A stretch of 63,620 nucleotides of DNA, the filler included, from Octopus bimaculoides (lineage: Eukaryota), in the NCBI RefSeq assembly GCF_001194135.2. It is 7 parts of 6 records of this genome, joined end to end, with 100 filler letters (N's around TTAATTAATTAA, not from the genome) between each part and the next. Parts side by side here need not be neighbours in the genome. Positions count along the whole stretch, not along the records: positions 1 to 22,169 come from NC_068993.1; 6 more parts are not named here. One strand, 5' to 3'. A program made the position numbers and the translations under genes. The notes beneath the pieces are model-generated. The model ran no database searches. It saw only the letters and a list, made by a program, of their open reading frames with translations, and was not told the DNA's origin. How positions within the stretch are numbered: the first letter of the stretch is position 1; every line of letters begins with the position of its first letter. Below are positions 1 through 13,472 of this stretch, piece by piece.

Positions 1-147
1 TGCATATATGTATGTACCTGTGTGTGAGTGTGTTTTTTTCTTTTTTTCGTTGTGTCTTCACCGGTTGAGGTTGGGGGAAAGTGTCCTTGTAGCTCCTGAT
101 AGTGTTACTTGAAACTAGAGGTGTGAAATATTCCAAATCTGGCAAGA

Positions 148-172
148 TGGCTACTACTACTACTACAACAAC

Positions 173-227
<55 letters not shown>
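148..227. repeat. (ACT)n/(AAT)n microsatellite
   Basis: Directly visible. Confidence 0.95.
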
Positions 228-1370
228 CTCTTTCGCCATGGCCACCAGGCATATAAAAACAGCCTTTCCTTCCCGCTTAAGGGAAGGCGGCGCGGAGATC
301 TTCCCTATGGATTTTAGTTGACAACCGGATCCGTCCTACACGCGATAGCAGGTGTTCGACATAAGCCCACAGGTCAGCAGTGCTCGGGCACTGCACAAGT
401 ACATACAGAACCGTCTCATCGCCCTGCGCGTATCTCGGACATGCTCGGCCGAAGGCACTTCCGTATCTGTAAAGTTTATCTCGAACAAGCAAATCTCCCT
501 GGTAGCACTGCTAGGCCAGAGACTTTAGGAAATTATCCATCGGTTCCGGCCCGAAAGTTCTCCGGAAAAGAGCCACTCGCTAATCTTCTTCAACGCCCAA
601 GAACGTCATCGCACTTTTCCTCCACTAATCCTCTATAAAAATCTAAAGTGGACGTTCCATCTATCGTACAATCTGATTGGCTGAGGGTTGTGAGCGTTTG
701 AAGACATTCCACTTTCCAAATGCTACCCCTCGGCTTCTGTTTTACCCAAGACTGCAGCTCCGTTAAAGAAACTAGCTACGGAAATACGTGTCTGAAGAAC
801 GGTGACCACACCTGTTCACCGTCAAGAAGATCTCATTGCTTCAGCGCATGTCTGTGCATCATCAACTGTGGTTTGCCCAGGCCACTTCGCAGCGGGTGCT
901 GATAACAGATAAACCACCTGACCATCAGGACACGTCCCTTCCACAAGGAGTGGAAGAGTATACGCTCCAGCGTAATCCAATGGTGGCCAGGACAAAAAAC
1001 GACGGTCAAACGATAGTACATGACGGACGCGATATACACGTTAGCCATATTTGCCCGACCTTTCAGGGATTGTTTTCTCTCGGACCATTTCTAGGTGAGA
1101 GTAGCCACCCTGCTCGTTACCGAGTCCCAGTTTTTGTCCATCTAGAGGTCCGGACAGAACCAGACTACGAGCAACTTAACCGGTCCGTCCGTCCAGTGCC
1201 CAACGACACAGTTTGACGGCATAGACTTACTTCTCCAGGTGCCGAGCCGCGAGCCCACTGGTTTTTCCTGGTTAATTGGTTAATTGTCGCTCATGAAACC
1301 GCCACGTAGTCCCTGAGAGCGGTGCCGATCTTTCTATGTGTTTATGATCCGACACTAAGCTACTTCATTG
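228..1370 (-). mobile_element. Degenerate Tx1/L1-clade non-LTR retrotransposon, ORF2 C-terminal part (end of RT, thumb region, zinc-binding domain)
   Basis: Minus-strand translations give L1/Tx1-like blocks: QEKPVGSRLGTWRSKSMP, ANVYIASVMYYRLTVV..LERILFHSLWKGRV..HPLRSGLGKP, and VRDKLY..ACPRYAQGDETVLYVLVQCP (decayed CxxC..H..C). Frames are broken by stops and frameshifts. The 3' side abuts an (ATT)n array. Confidence 0.75.
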
Positions 1371-1888
1371 TTTTTATCATTGATGTTGTTGCTTTTGTTG
1401 CTGCCGATGTTGTCACCTTTGTTATTTTGGTTGTTGTGGTTGTTGACGGTGCTGCTGATTTTGTTGTTGCTGTTGTTGTTCTTGCTGCTGTTTCTTTCAA
1501 CAAAAATACAGTCATCGTTTGTTTGTTTTTTATATCGCTAATTCGTTTGTCACACTCACACTCTCTATCCTTGACGTTTGGTGACGCTCCCAGCTCTCTC
1601 TCACAAATGAGCGTCACCGTGTTTTATTGTGTTTTCTCCATGTTGGTGGGGAAAACGCAAACAACTTTGATTGAAAAACAAAATCATTTGACCTGTTCAC
1701 CAAAACTGGGGGACAAAACAGGAAAATAACTCACCACTGGACAGCAATTTAACCTATTGTCTACGATGGTATAAATTTGAAGAGTGCAAATACACTAATA
1801 TGTGTTTTTTACCTTATAAAATCCACGGAGCGAGGTCAAGCGATGCTTGCCAGGCTGACGGCCATAATAATAATAATAATAATAATAA

Positions 1889-2398
1889 TATGAAGTAACA
1901 GAGAACTGGTATGAGCATGTACCAAGTAAAGTTATGCAGGAGGATGGAAAAGTAATGATAGTCTGGGACTATGATTTCCAGACGGATCGTGTGATCGAAC
2001 ACCGTCATCTGGATAATGTCGTATTGAATAAGAGAGACAAATACTGTCAGATCATTGATGTAGCCATACTAAATGACTTGAATGTTGTGAGTAAAGAGGG
2101 GGAAATTTAACCAAGTACTCCGAATTGAAAATGGAAATGGCAAGACTGTATGGAACGCGAGAGGGTAATGTTATAGTGATACCACTGGTGATCGGGGCGC
2201 TGGGCCCAATCCTATTGAAACTTCAAACCTTCTTAAGACAACTGGAAATCCCATGCCAGTTTGATGTCTTGCAAAAAGCAACCTTATTGGAGACAGTGCA
2301 CATCTTAAGGAAACTATTATCTGTTTGAGTTCCTTGTTGTGACTTGACAGATGACTAAAGACTCCGGTGCATTTTTACCTACACTGTGTTATGAAGGA
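1889..2398 (+). mobile_element. 5'-truncated R4/Dong-clade non-LTR element (restriction-like endonuclease domain plus 3' UTR)
   Basis: Translation WYEHVPSKVMQEDGKVMIVWDYDFQTDRVIEHRHLDNVVL..QIIDVAI..KYSELKMEMARLY..VIPLVIGALG..LQKATLLETVHILRKLLSV* is the PD-(D/E)xK RLE pattern. It is flanked on both sides by (AAT)n. Confidence 0.85.
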
Positions 2399-2430
2399 AT
2401 AATAATAATAACAACAACAACAACAACAAC

Positions 2431-2516
<86 letters not shown>

Positions 2517-2532
2517 GAATAAATAAATAAAT
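2398..2532. repeat. (AAT)n/(AAC)n/(AAAT)n array at the 3' end of the Dong-like element
   Basis: Directly visible. Confidence 0.95.
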
Positions 2533-2949
2533 AATCTTGAGAAGTTATAAATATGTTATTGAAGCATTGTGCACTGTTTCACTGATCCCGACAGCAAGAT
2601 CAACATATTAAATTACTTACATCTGGCGGTTAAACGCTCCTTGGGTAGACTGAAACTGGTCACCCGCAAATTCTCTAATGCAAATCGCTACATCATTAAC
2701 AACTGCAAACTTATGGATCTTGAACTTGAAAACATCAAAAGTTATCAGAGAGAGCATTTCCACATCGTGAAACTAAATACCAACTGGCTAGATAGACTGA
2801 TGAACTTAAAAGAACTACCTCAGTTCCTATATGCTATCCCTTCAGCCATCGCAAACACAATTTGAAAGGAGACAATCGAGAATGAGATGAAGAAACTGCA
2901 AGGAAAGCTATAATGCCTGTGTGAAATCAAAGAGAAAAAATACTCCTGC

Positions 2950-3575
2950 ATGAAAGAGAAAATAAAAAGGAAAGCTGAAACAATTGCATAACATCACTAT
3001 ATCAACCGAAGGAAGATATACTAGAGCTAAAATGAAACTGAAGCAACAAATTCAAGCTATAGCATAGGCATTGCGAAAACTCGACAAAATGAGTGAGTTC
3101 TTCAGGCTACATGAGATCTGTAAAATGTCAAGAACTTTTACCGTAAGCTGCGCGAGAAAATGATAACCACCTACAATCAATTAAGTCAAGAAGTTTTGGG
3201 ATAAACTCTGACAAAAGGGTCAAAGATAAAAAAAGGAGTCACAGATAGAGCATCAACAGAAACAATACAATCACATACATAGACAGAAACTGCAATACAT
3301 AACAGCTTTCGAGAGAGGATATATAAAATGGCTAACTTCTGAATCAAAGCCTACCCAGCCTCTATGAAGATATCATACAGATCTTCAATGACTTTCGCCA
3401 TCGATTAGCCAGAAAAATGTTCCGGTTCGTTTACATGGGGACCACGTACTTGCCCTCCTCTTCAGATGAAACGCAATGTACAAACAATTACAGACCTATC
3501 ATATGTTTTCTAGCAATGTACAAATTTATCATCTCCATCATCAGCGGCAAGACCTTTACATTCCTCAATAAAGAC
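2950..3575 (+). mobile_element. Highly degenerate R4/Dong-clade fragment (pre-RT region and RT N-terminus)
   Basis: KLKQQIQAIA*ALRKLDK..FFRLHE resembles the pre-RT helix of R4 elements; NYRPIICFLAMYKFIISIISGK resembles the NYRPITCL..YK RT motif. Confidence 0.55.
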
Positions 3576-3879
3576 AATTAATTCTGTGATAATTATTCAC
3601 GTTATTTAAGACATTTTTTAAAATTATGCCTTCGTCTCTGTAGTCACCTTGGTCCTGGTATACTTATGAATTCCTCCTCCGTCTTAAAAACAAAACAAAT
3701 GCTTTGCTCGTACACTTGGATTAAAGCGGATATATCAAAGAAAGCTAGCGTTTTGAACTAGGGTGTATACTATGTCTTATTACAAGGAGTAGCATGTGCT
3801 TTTAGAATTACATTCAGATCTGTAAGCTGCTTGCTGTTAGATATTCTTGATTAGGGTTAGAGATTTCGGATTATTTCTT

Positions 3880-4128
3880 CCCTTTCAAGTAATGCCGACT
3901 CATAAGGGCTTGTTTCCCGGTTTCCATGGCGTATGCATTCGCCACCTGGACGGGACACCGGTACGTCGCAGGGTTACTCATTTTTTGCCTGCTGAGTAGA
4001 CTGGAGCAGCATGAAATGAAGTGTTTTGCTCAAGAACACAACACGCCGCCTGGTCCAGGAATCGAAACCACAATCTTACCATCATGAGTCCAACACCCTA
4101 ATCGCTAACTCACGAGCTTCCACTACAC
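3880..4128 (-). mobile_element. tRNA-derived SINE (head type A, tail type X with a V-domain-like CCCTGCGA..GTCCCGTCCAGG segment)
   Basis: Minus strand carries a B-box (GGTTTCGATTCC), then TTGAGCAAAACACTT and the tail GGAAACCGGGAAAC shared with the 52.7 kb copy. Confidence 0.75.
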
Positions 4129-4684
4129 CTGGCTAGCCTTTCCACTATTTTTATGCAAACGTTTGTGATATGGGTTTGAAATGGGCAATTATGTACTAAT
4201 CAGCATTAATCTGTTTATTAATATATATGTGGCTCAATTTAATCTATGGGACTTCTATTAGCGAATGGTGGAGCTTTATTTAATATTTCGCTGATAATAC
4301 TTTAGATATACATCTGCTAATATTATCTGTAATGTGGTCTACAGTTGCAGGTGAGAGGATGATAAGAGTTTTCTATTTCTGTATATTTCTCTTTCTATTT
4401 GTGTATCTACACAGAGAGATACAGAAGCAAACGCATGCGCATATCAGTATACACAGCGCAAAAAGAGAGAATGGATTAAACAGAACAAGAGGAGACATGT
4501 GGGATGGAGAGTCACTGAGGAGGTCACGTGATGTGTGACGAAACAGTTCAGAGAAAGGTCACTAAAATAAGAATAATAAAAAAGGTGCAATGAAGACCAA
4601 GTGTACAGTGCGAGTAGTTAATTGACAGAAAATATGATCATCCTCAAATATAACAACATATATATATTTATAGTCTGTGTGTGC

Positions 4685-4729
<45 letters not shown>

Positions 4730-5539
4730 TGTGTGTGTGTGTGTGTGTGAAAGAAGCTGAGTAGCGAAATTAGAAACTCCAAATGGTATACGTATATATC
4801 GAGTTGTCTGAGAAAATACTGTGTAATTCTAAGTAACAGACAATCTGGTGCCATTATAAAACCATTTAGAAAAGTTCAATTGACATTACTGAGTGACCTT
4901 TGCTTTGTTAAATCTCATTAGTGTTGCTTAGTAATTCCAACACGATTATTTCACGAAGCGAAAACCTTTTATAATCATTTATCAACACTTCATTGCATTA
5001 ATAACTTTCCATACCTTATTGACCTCCTATCTTTCTCTGAATATATCAGAGGTTTTTCTCTGCATGAAGCTGATGCATAACATTTAAAAACAGATGCACT
5101 AAAAACATTTACCAAAACATTTTAATTTATTTGTCTGCGTAGTGGTGTATCTTAATTTATTTATGTATGCATATGTGTGTGTGTGTGTGGGGGGGGGGGT
5201 ATCTTAATTAACTCAGAATATAAAGGTACGTTTTTATTTTGCTACATACGCAGTCCCATTTATGCGGACATCTTGTGACATCGAAATGAACATTTTAATT
5301 TTCTTTGTTAGAAAATAGAGTGTAATGAAATGTGAAATATAATAAAACATAATGAAACAAAACTAATTCAGTTGTTTTCGCACTTTGATGCATATTTTTC
5401 ATTGAAATTTTATTTACCTATATTCATATAATACAACATTTTGAAACGAAAATTTTGTTTTGTTTATCTTCTCTAATTGTTTTAATTTCTCTATTCCTGT
5501 TTATTTCAGATCCTCAAATTAAAGAATAGTAAAGAGAAA

Positions 5540-6285
5540 ATTCGAAAAAAAATGGAACACAATGCAGGAGACAACATCTTGCTATATCAATCAAGTATTT
5601 AACCAGTGGATTGTCAACTAACGTAGGCGGAACATTAGCTAAAATTATTTCGTTGTGGACACGAAGTTCTTCGAAAATAACAAAAGTCACGGACGACCAA
5701 TTGTTTGACAACGACCACTCGAGATCTATTACTCAAGTTGCAGTGCAAAGCAACTTGCCAGGTAGCAGGACAACTAAATGTTATCTATACAAGAGTTGCT
5801 TGATATTTACATTATATTCGAAAGTCAAAACGTCTCGATGAATGGGAGCCACATATAAAGAATACATAAAACATCACAGCATAGTCTGTGCCTACCACTG
5901 GTCAATCGAAAAGTTCTATTTTTTTATATAATGAGACTGGCAAGGGACTTGCAAAGATGAAACTAACTGAACTAGGAAATTACCTCACTCACCTTACTAT
6001 GCAAAATCCTCTGTACACGACAAACATATTTACAAGCATCTAGATTATTTTCCGCAAAGCAAAGTCTTCTAACTCTATGCAGCAGCCTCAAATGACTTCA
6101 AAAATTTAACAGATCCCAGAACTACAAAATTTTATGCTATCGGAATAGACAGGATGGTTTCTTGTTGTTAAAAGTTTAGTTATCTCAATTGTTATTATTC
6201 AGTTTAATAATATCTGTTCTGAGATTAAATATATTGATTAAAACTGTTGGCTAAAACTGCACCAATTTTTGCTCCAACATTAGTA
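5540..6285 (+). mobile_element. Decayed mariner (D,D34D-type) transposon relic
   Basis: GRP..DND HTH-region remnant, HYIRKSKRLDEWEPH (WVPHEL motif), KHIYKHLDYF and FYAIGIDRMVSC C-terminal remnant; the 3' end AAACTGCACCAATTTTTGCTCCAACATTAGTA resembles a mariner TIR. Confidence 0.7.
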
Positions 6286-6919
6286 TATGCAGTTTAACGG
6301 AGAAATCCCCTGATGTCAGTGATTAATGCTAGCATCACCATTAAAGAAAATTCCTGATCTTTATTATGATGCGAATGACGTCAAGGAATTTCCTCTCTTG
6401 TATGTACAAAACTACATGCATATTATATGAATATATTATATATTCATTCGTAAAACCAAATATTTCGTATAGATAAAGATTGCATTAATATATACAAATG
6501 TATGTACATACATATCTGAAAGAGTATAAAGCGTATATTTATACGAGATTTTCCACAAAGTGAATCAATAGTGATGAAAGAGGATGATACTTTAATACGA
6601 AATAATAATAGTCTGCTACAGTGTACACAAAATATGTTCTGCAGTCAGTGGCGCTCAACCCTGTACATAGATGTCATAAAAAAATATCGAAGTTTTTCTG
6701 ATTAATAAGAAAATATGTTGCCAGTAGATGCAGCCAATATGTCTATATATTTTTGTACAGTTAATATTGGTAGCATATATTGTATTATTCATCACCTTTT
6801 AAAAGGCTATTTTCTATTTTCTCCTTCATAACAGTATATAATCTATTTCTCTTTCCATATACTGATTTATTCTCTTTCTAAATGCTTTCATCTTCTCCCT
6901 TTTCTTTGCTCCTTACCTT

Positions 6920-6966
<47 letters not shown>

Positions 6967-7153
6967 CTCCTCTCTCTTTCTCTCGAGCTTTCTCTCCCCC
7001 TCTATCTCTCCCCTCCCTCCCTCTCTTTCCCTTTCTTTTCTCATTTTCGTTTCCATTTAAAGGCAGTATCGTTATTTGGTAGTGGGGTGTTTTCTATATA
7101 CTTTTCATCTGCGATACAAATTATTCTCTCTCACCCAGTGTTATTGTTTATCA

Positions 7154-7292
<139 letters not shown>

Positions 7293-7326
7293 TTATCTAA
7301 GAAATGTATCTATNNNNNNNNNNATG

Positions 7327-7362
<36 letters not shown>

Positions 7363-7386
7363 AATCAATCTATCTAGCTAGCTAGC

Positions 7387-7429
<43 letters not shown>

Positions 7430-7441
<12 letters not shown>

Positions 7442-7635
7442 TTGTCCCCCCACCAACGCTGGACAACCGATGTTGGTGTCTTTACGGCCCTGTAACTTAG
7501 AGGTTCGGCATAACCGATAGCATAAGTACTAGGCTTACAAAGAGTAAACCCTCGGGTCGATTTGTTCGAGTAAAGGCGGTGCTCCAGCATGGTGCAGTCA
7601 AATGTCTGAAACAAAGGAATTAAAGAAAAGAATAA
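7430..7635 (+). mobile_element. SINE family 1, 3' half
   Basis: Matches the 3' half of the full copies at 7878 and 36568 (GACAACCGATG..GTAACTTAG..GGTGCTCCAGCATGG). Confidence 0.8.
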
Positions 7636-7673
7636 AAGAATATTTACGTATATATATTTATGCATGCGCGTAC

Positions 7674-7708
<35 letters not shown>

Positions 7709-7877
7709 AAAGTCTCATGTATGACTCAACCGATGAGACTTTCGTGTATATATAACTTATGAAACAACAATTACACTCATAAATTTATAGATGCATGTGT
7801 GTATGTGTCTGTGTGCATGTAACTGGGAATGTGTACTTGTGTAAGTATACAGTCATGTCTACATCATTAAGCGCAGA

Positions 7878-8258
7878 AATGGCTGTGTGGTAAGTAGCTT
7901 GCTTACCAACCACATGGTCCCGGGCTCAGTCCCACTGCATGGCACCTTGGGCAAGTGTCTTCTGCTATAGCTTCGGGCCGACACAAAGCCTTGTGAGTGG
8001 ATTTGGTAAACGGAAACTGAAATATATGTATATATATATATATATGTGTGTGTGTGTTTGTATGTCTGTGTTTGTCCCCCCAACATCGCTTGACAACCGA
8101 TGCTGGTGTGTTTAGGTCCCGGTAACTTAGCGGTTCGGCAAAACTGACCGATATAATAAGTACTAGGCTTACAAAGAATAAGTCCTGGGGTCGATTTGCT
8201 CGACTAAATGCGGTGCTCCAGCATGGCCACAGTCAAACGACTGAAACGAGTAAAGAGT
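7878..8258 (+). mobile_element. SINE family 1, near full length (tRNA-like head, internal (TA)n/(TG)n spacer)
   Basis: Head GGCTGTGTGGTAAGTAGCTTGC..GGGCTCAGTCCCACTGC; homologous to 36568-36965 and other copies in the window. Confidence 0.85.
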
Positions 8259-10506
8259 ATACATTTTGCTCTGATATATGTATTTATGTGTGTATGAGCG
8301 CACACAGGTGTATGTCTATAGATTTGCATGTATGTATATTCCTGTCATGCCTAAATCACAACCAATACTTTTAGATATACTATCATCGAATATAAGAATC
8401 TAACTGCTTTGTAAGCACGGTAGTATTTGCTGAAAGTCTCCTACAATCTACGCACAGACACAGGAAGAAATATCTAAGAGAAAGTTATACAAAGAACTCA
8501 AATCAAAGGCACAAATGTTAACAGCAAAATATAACCGTCAATATAATATAAGAAGCCCAGATTTTATTATAGTGAAAGACCATAAACTCACCCCAGTATA
8601 GATTCCTTAACAAAGAAATCGCAACTTCTTTATTGTGAGTAAAGTAATACTTTATAGAATTAACTGAGACTTAAAGCAAGCAACTCGCTCGAATCTGACA
8701 CAACACCACAATGATTATTAGGTAATTCAATAAAGTTAAAAACGAAGATTTATCTAATTCAATATCTTTGATTATTAAACTACAATAAGTTAAGTTCTGC
8801 TAAAATACATTTTCACAAAAGAAGTGGAAAGTACGACACAAATGATCTGCACTAGGCGCTTCCATGCGATATTTTTTGTGTGAGTGCATAATAATGAAAG
8901 ATTGTGCAGACAATTTTTATGTGATTAAGTGACGCTTTGTTAGTACCGAAGTTTGGGGAAAAAAGAAATGGCTTTAGCTTAACTTTATACTTACATGACA
9001 AACTCATGATTTCAAATGCTGCAACAGGTGTACAGCTACCACTCTAGGAAAGCGATTTATAATAACATGCCGTTAATTTGGCATGATGCTTTACTCTTTT
9101 ACTCGTTTCGGCCATGCGGTTACGGTCATGCTGGAACACTACTGAAACGAACATTAGCGCTAACTTTCTTGTTGATTGTATGTTAATATATCACAAGACT
9201 ACTCGAAACCTTCTGAAAAACAATACTTGCTAATTTGCCTACAGAAAAAGCTGAGCTATTCAAACATCCTATTTCATTTTAAGATATTACCAAATTTATA
9301 AACACTTTATCCTGAAACAACGCGACATTTTCGAGATGTTTTGAAGCGAGGTGTGTTAACGTGGTAATACCATAACGTCACCATAATATATATAAAAGCA
9401 ATCAAGTACGCTTGGTACAATTATAATAAAGATTAAAACACAAACAGGTAAATATGCTATAGTGCAATCCAACAAATTCGAATGTCAAAAAATCGATGCA
9501 CTAGGGAACTTTATCTCTCTTAAAACAATTCCGGATAATCATCTGCATATCTCAAAAGCAATGTAAAAACATTATTTACTTGCCTACGAAGCAACACCAA
9601 TATTAAGAATTGTAGTGCAAAAATGTTGCGACTTGAAGATATTCTCTAGGGGATGGAATATGATTGTTGAAGGTATGGTGGTCTGAAATAGAATAGCTTT
9701 GAGAAATGCTAAATATTATGTGATATTAACTTTATGTGATATAACAATTCATCAGAATATATGATTTGCAAAATGTCAGTCAAAAATATTAGTTAATAAC
9801 GTGTACCTTACTCTCACAGCTACTTAGAAAACAACATAACGTCCTCGAAATAATTTTGAGTAGCGAGACATGAAGGAGCGAGAAAAACAGAATTGGCTTA
9901 GACGCACGTTAAAAGTTTTGAAATCAGTAAAGACACATTCAACGCTATTTTATTTCTCACAAAACTTTCAAATCATTCGTAACCATACTGCATGTATGAA
10001 GAAAGTAAAATATTGTTAAAAGGTTTTACCGTTATTACAAAATTGGTTTTGATATGCTTTTTGGCGGCGTACACGATTACTCTGGACACAGGAACACTTT
10101 TTATTTGGAACTATGCAAAGTATGCAAGCACGAGTAAACACACGCAGATACAGATATGCACATACACACGCTTTTATTTATGGATAAAGAGTGCTACTTA
10201 TGTTGGCATAGGTTAAGAATTCAACAAACGTCAGGTGATTCTCTTAAAAATTGCTGGTAATCGCCTCATTTTAGCGGATATATTAATATATAAAAGACAA
10301 TAAGTCTCTGAAAGCAATATCTCTCTGCTCGAATGGGATATGGTGCCCAAGAGCTGACTGTGTATCTCTTCCAGGAGGGGTTATTAAATTAGACATGACC
10401 AGGGCCAACTTCGGCCGAAACTTATCTAGGTATAATATGCGAGTGTGTGTGTGTAAGTGGGTGTGTGTATCTATTTATCTATCTACCCTCTTTCTCTTGC
10501 TCTCGC

Positions 10507-10680
10507 TTTCTCTCTCCCTATATATATAGGCTTGGCTGTGTGGTAAGAGGCTTGCTTCCTAACCGCATGGCTCTGGGTTCAGTCCCACTGTGTAGCACTT
10601 TGGGTGTTTTGTACTGTAGCCACGGACCTACCAAAGTCTTGTAAGTGGATTTCATAGAAAGAAACTCAAAGAAGACCGTC

Positions 10681-10723
<43 letters not shown>

Positions 10724-10872
10724 TAGGGAAAAGAACCAAGGTTCATGAACTCATCGATGAAAATCCACTGTCACATATAGAAAAATTGATAAGTAAAAGC
10801 ACAATATATATTATTATTATTATCATTATTAATATTATTATATATATATATATATGTATATATATATACATG

Positions 10873-10903
<31 letters not shown>

Positions 10904-11905
10904 TTATATATGTATATATATATTTATATATGTATATATATATATTTATTTATATATATATGTATATATATATAAAATATACAAGAATAAGGGCAGAGAA
11001 TCGTCAATTAATAATAGAATTAATAATTAACAATTCTGCCAAGTAGTTCAGTATGAAAAAAACCTTTATATGTATGCATGTATATATCTATGTGTGTGTC
11101 TTTGTGTCTGTATTTGTCNNNNNNNNNNNNNNNNNNNNNNNNNNNNNNNNNNNNNNNNNNNNNNNNNNNNNNNNNNNNNNNNNNNNNNNNNNNNNNNNNN
11201 NNNNNNNNNNNNNNNNNNNNNNNNNNNNNNNNNNNNNNNNNNNNNNNNNNNNNNNNNNNNNNNNNNNNNNNNNNNNNNNNNNNNNNNNNNNNNNNNNNNN
11301 NNNNNNNNNNNNNNNNNNNNNNNNNNNNNNNNNNNNNNNNNNNNNNNNNNNNNNNNNNNNNNNNNNNNNNNNNNNNNNNNNNNNNNNNNNNNNNNNNNNN
11401 NNNNNNNNNNNNNNNNNNNNNNNNNNNNNNNNNNNNNNNNNNNNNNNNNNNNNNNNNNNNNNNNNNNNNNNNNNNNNNNNNNNNNNNNNTGTGTGTGTGT
11501 GTGTGTGTGTGTGTTTATATATGTATATATATATTTATATATGTATATATATATATTTATTTATATATATATGTATATATATATAAAATATACAAGAATA
11601 AGGGCAGAGAATCGTCAATTAATAATAGAATTAATAATTAACAATTCTGCCAAGTAGTTCAGTATGAAAAAAACCTTTATATGTATGCATGTATATATCT
11701 ATGTGTGTGTCTTTGTGTCTGTATTTGTCACCCCATCCCCGTGATAACCGGTGTTGGTGTGTTAATGTCACCGTAACCCAGCGCTTCAGCAAAAGAAACC
11801 GAATGAGTATTAGGCTTGCAAAATAAGACGTGGGTCGATTTGTTCAACTAAAATTTTTCAAGGTGGTGCTGCAGCATGGCCGGAGTCAAATGACTGGATG
11901 CAGCA
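10507..11905 (+). mobile_element. SINE family 1 halves (5' half 10525-10682, 3' half 11700-11905) separated by microsatellites and a gap
   Basis: Sequence similarity to the 7878 copy. Confidence 0.7.
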
Positions 11906-12565
11906 AAAGAATAAATGAATACACGCGCACATACATACACACACATACACACGTACGCAAACACACACACCCAAACACACACTCATACATACACACACAC
12001 ATAAGAATACGTACATATATACATCCAAGGAGACGCGATGGGCAGTAATTTTAAGTGGATAAAGATTGTGGCAACGCTTTCCACTGGAACCATTTGTAGT
12101 ATCGTTAATGCCAACATAATAAAGAATATTTATCCACTAAATGAGGTGTTGTTCGATACTATCGCATATACATCCTTATATATATGCATATGTATGTGCA
12201 AATGCAATAATAATAATAATAATAATAATATTAATAATAGAAGATTCGAGTGAATCTGGCGCTTAAATGATAAGGCACTGGTGTCAAGAATTAAAATTTG
12301 TACACAACAAAAAATAGAGGAATACATACGTGGATACAGAAGTACAGGCAGAAAGATATTCAGGTTATGTATACGACAAACAACCCGACAGAGCATATCA
12401 ATAGCTCTCAGTCTAATCAAGAAACGCGTATTAATTAAACTAAATATACGGTTCATAGTGTACTTCTGATCAACGCAATGAGCAGGTTCCAAGAGAGGTG
12501 AATAATGAATGAATGAATAGCAACAGATGGATAAAGTGTCAATCCACGACAACTTTCCCAATGTT

Positions 12566-12838
12566 TTTTTAATTGATTAATGAAGACGTTACAGCATTAG
12601 AAAAAACCGTATTCATCAGCTGAATACATGAACCAAAACATTCAAAAACATTTAAAAGCCAACGGCATGTGCACCATCATGATTGTATGGCCCTTGCTGG
12701 TCATAGAAAGGGTCATAGAATTATGAAGGGGCATATGCCGTCGGCTTTTAGATATTTTTGAATGCTGTAGTTAATGTATTCACGTGATGTAAACGGTTTT
12801 TTTTAAATGACGTAATGTCTTCATTAAGCAATTAAAAA
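12566..12838. mobile_element. Palindromic MITE-like hairpin element (about 120-bp imperfect arms)
   Basis: TTTTTAATTGATTAATGAAGACGTTAC..AAAAGCCAACGGCATGTGC is the imperfect reverse complement of GCATATGCCGTCGGCTTTT..GTAATGTCTTCATTAAGCAATTAAAAA. Confidence 0.75.
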
Positions 12839-12879
12839 TTCGTTGTGATATATATATACACACACACACATGTACATGT

Positions 12880-13290
12880 AAATTTTGATATTTTCACCCG
12901 TATGATTTTCACTAAGAAAAACGAAAAACTCGGATTTTTCCCGTGGAATAAAGTACCCTGACCTAATATGTTACAAACTCCTTATTTGTGTTCGGAAAAA
13001 AGATGGGTCGGAAACTGGACCCCTCACCCATTTCCCGGAATCATTGGAAATATTTTTTTTTCGTTGAATGAATTCCGGGGACCTCCTGATATGTTACAAA
13101 ACCCTTTTTGGGCCCGGAAAGTGGGTGGAACCTTGGGAAATTCACCCCCACCCCCATTTTCAAATGTCTTTTGCTATTTCTTTCCTTACCCAAAATTCTA
13201 GATAACATTTCGCAGAAATACGATTTCGAGAGAGTGTAGATCACATTAGATTGAAATTTTAAAGTTTGAAGTGAAAATGCAGAGGTTATG
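12880..13290. mobile_element. Left arm of a foldback-type long inverted-repeat element
   Basis: Reverse complement of 15065-15680 (e.g. AAGTGAAAATGCAGAGGTTAT versus ATAACCTCTGCATTTTCACTT); built from internal subrepeats around CATATTAGGAGG. Confidence 0.7.
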
Positions 13291-13379
13291 GAAGGTTTCT
13301 TGGGGAAATTTCGAACCTGGGTTCTCATTCCTAAGGTATTTTTCGATGTTATTATTATTATTATTATTATTGTTATTGC

Positions 13380-13440
13380 TTGGAATCGAACTCGGAATCT
13401 TGGGGTTAGTAGCCCGCGCTCTTAATCACTGCGCCATATG
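13380..13440 (-). promoter_or_regulatory. tRNA-like Pol III type 2 promoter module (A box and B box) in the PLE 3' region
   Basis: Minus strand TGGCGCAGTGATTAAGAGCGCGGGCTACTAACCCCAAGATTCCGAGTTCGATTCC: A box, D stem GCGC/GCGC, anticodon-like arm GGG-CTACTAA-CCC, T loop GTTCGATTC. No acceptor stem, so not a tRNA gene. Confidence 0.65.
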
Positions 13441-13472
13441 CACGTGGGCAATTATGGAGTGAATTTTAGGGC

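Noticed and set aside
836-1216. 126-aa plus-strand ORF (also 318-638)
   Set aside because: Antisense shadow of the GC-rich Tx1 LINE fragment.
5510-5841. Strong-looking splice acceptor and ORF 5611-5841
   Set aside because: Frames close quickly and the sequence is a decayed mariner transposase.
10878-11729. About 240-bp exact direct repeat on both sides of an N gap
   Set aside because: Identical copies flanking a gap indicate unmerged overlapping contig ends.
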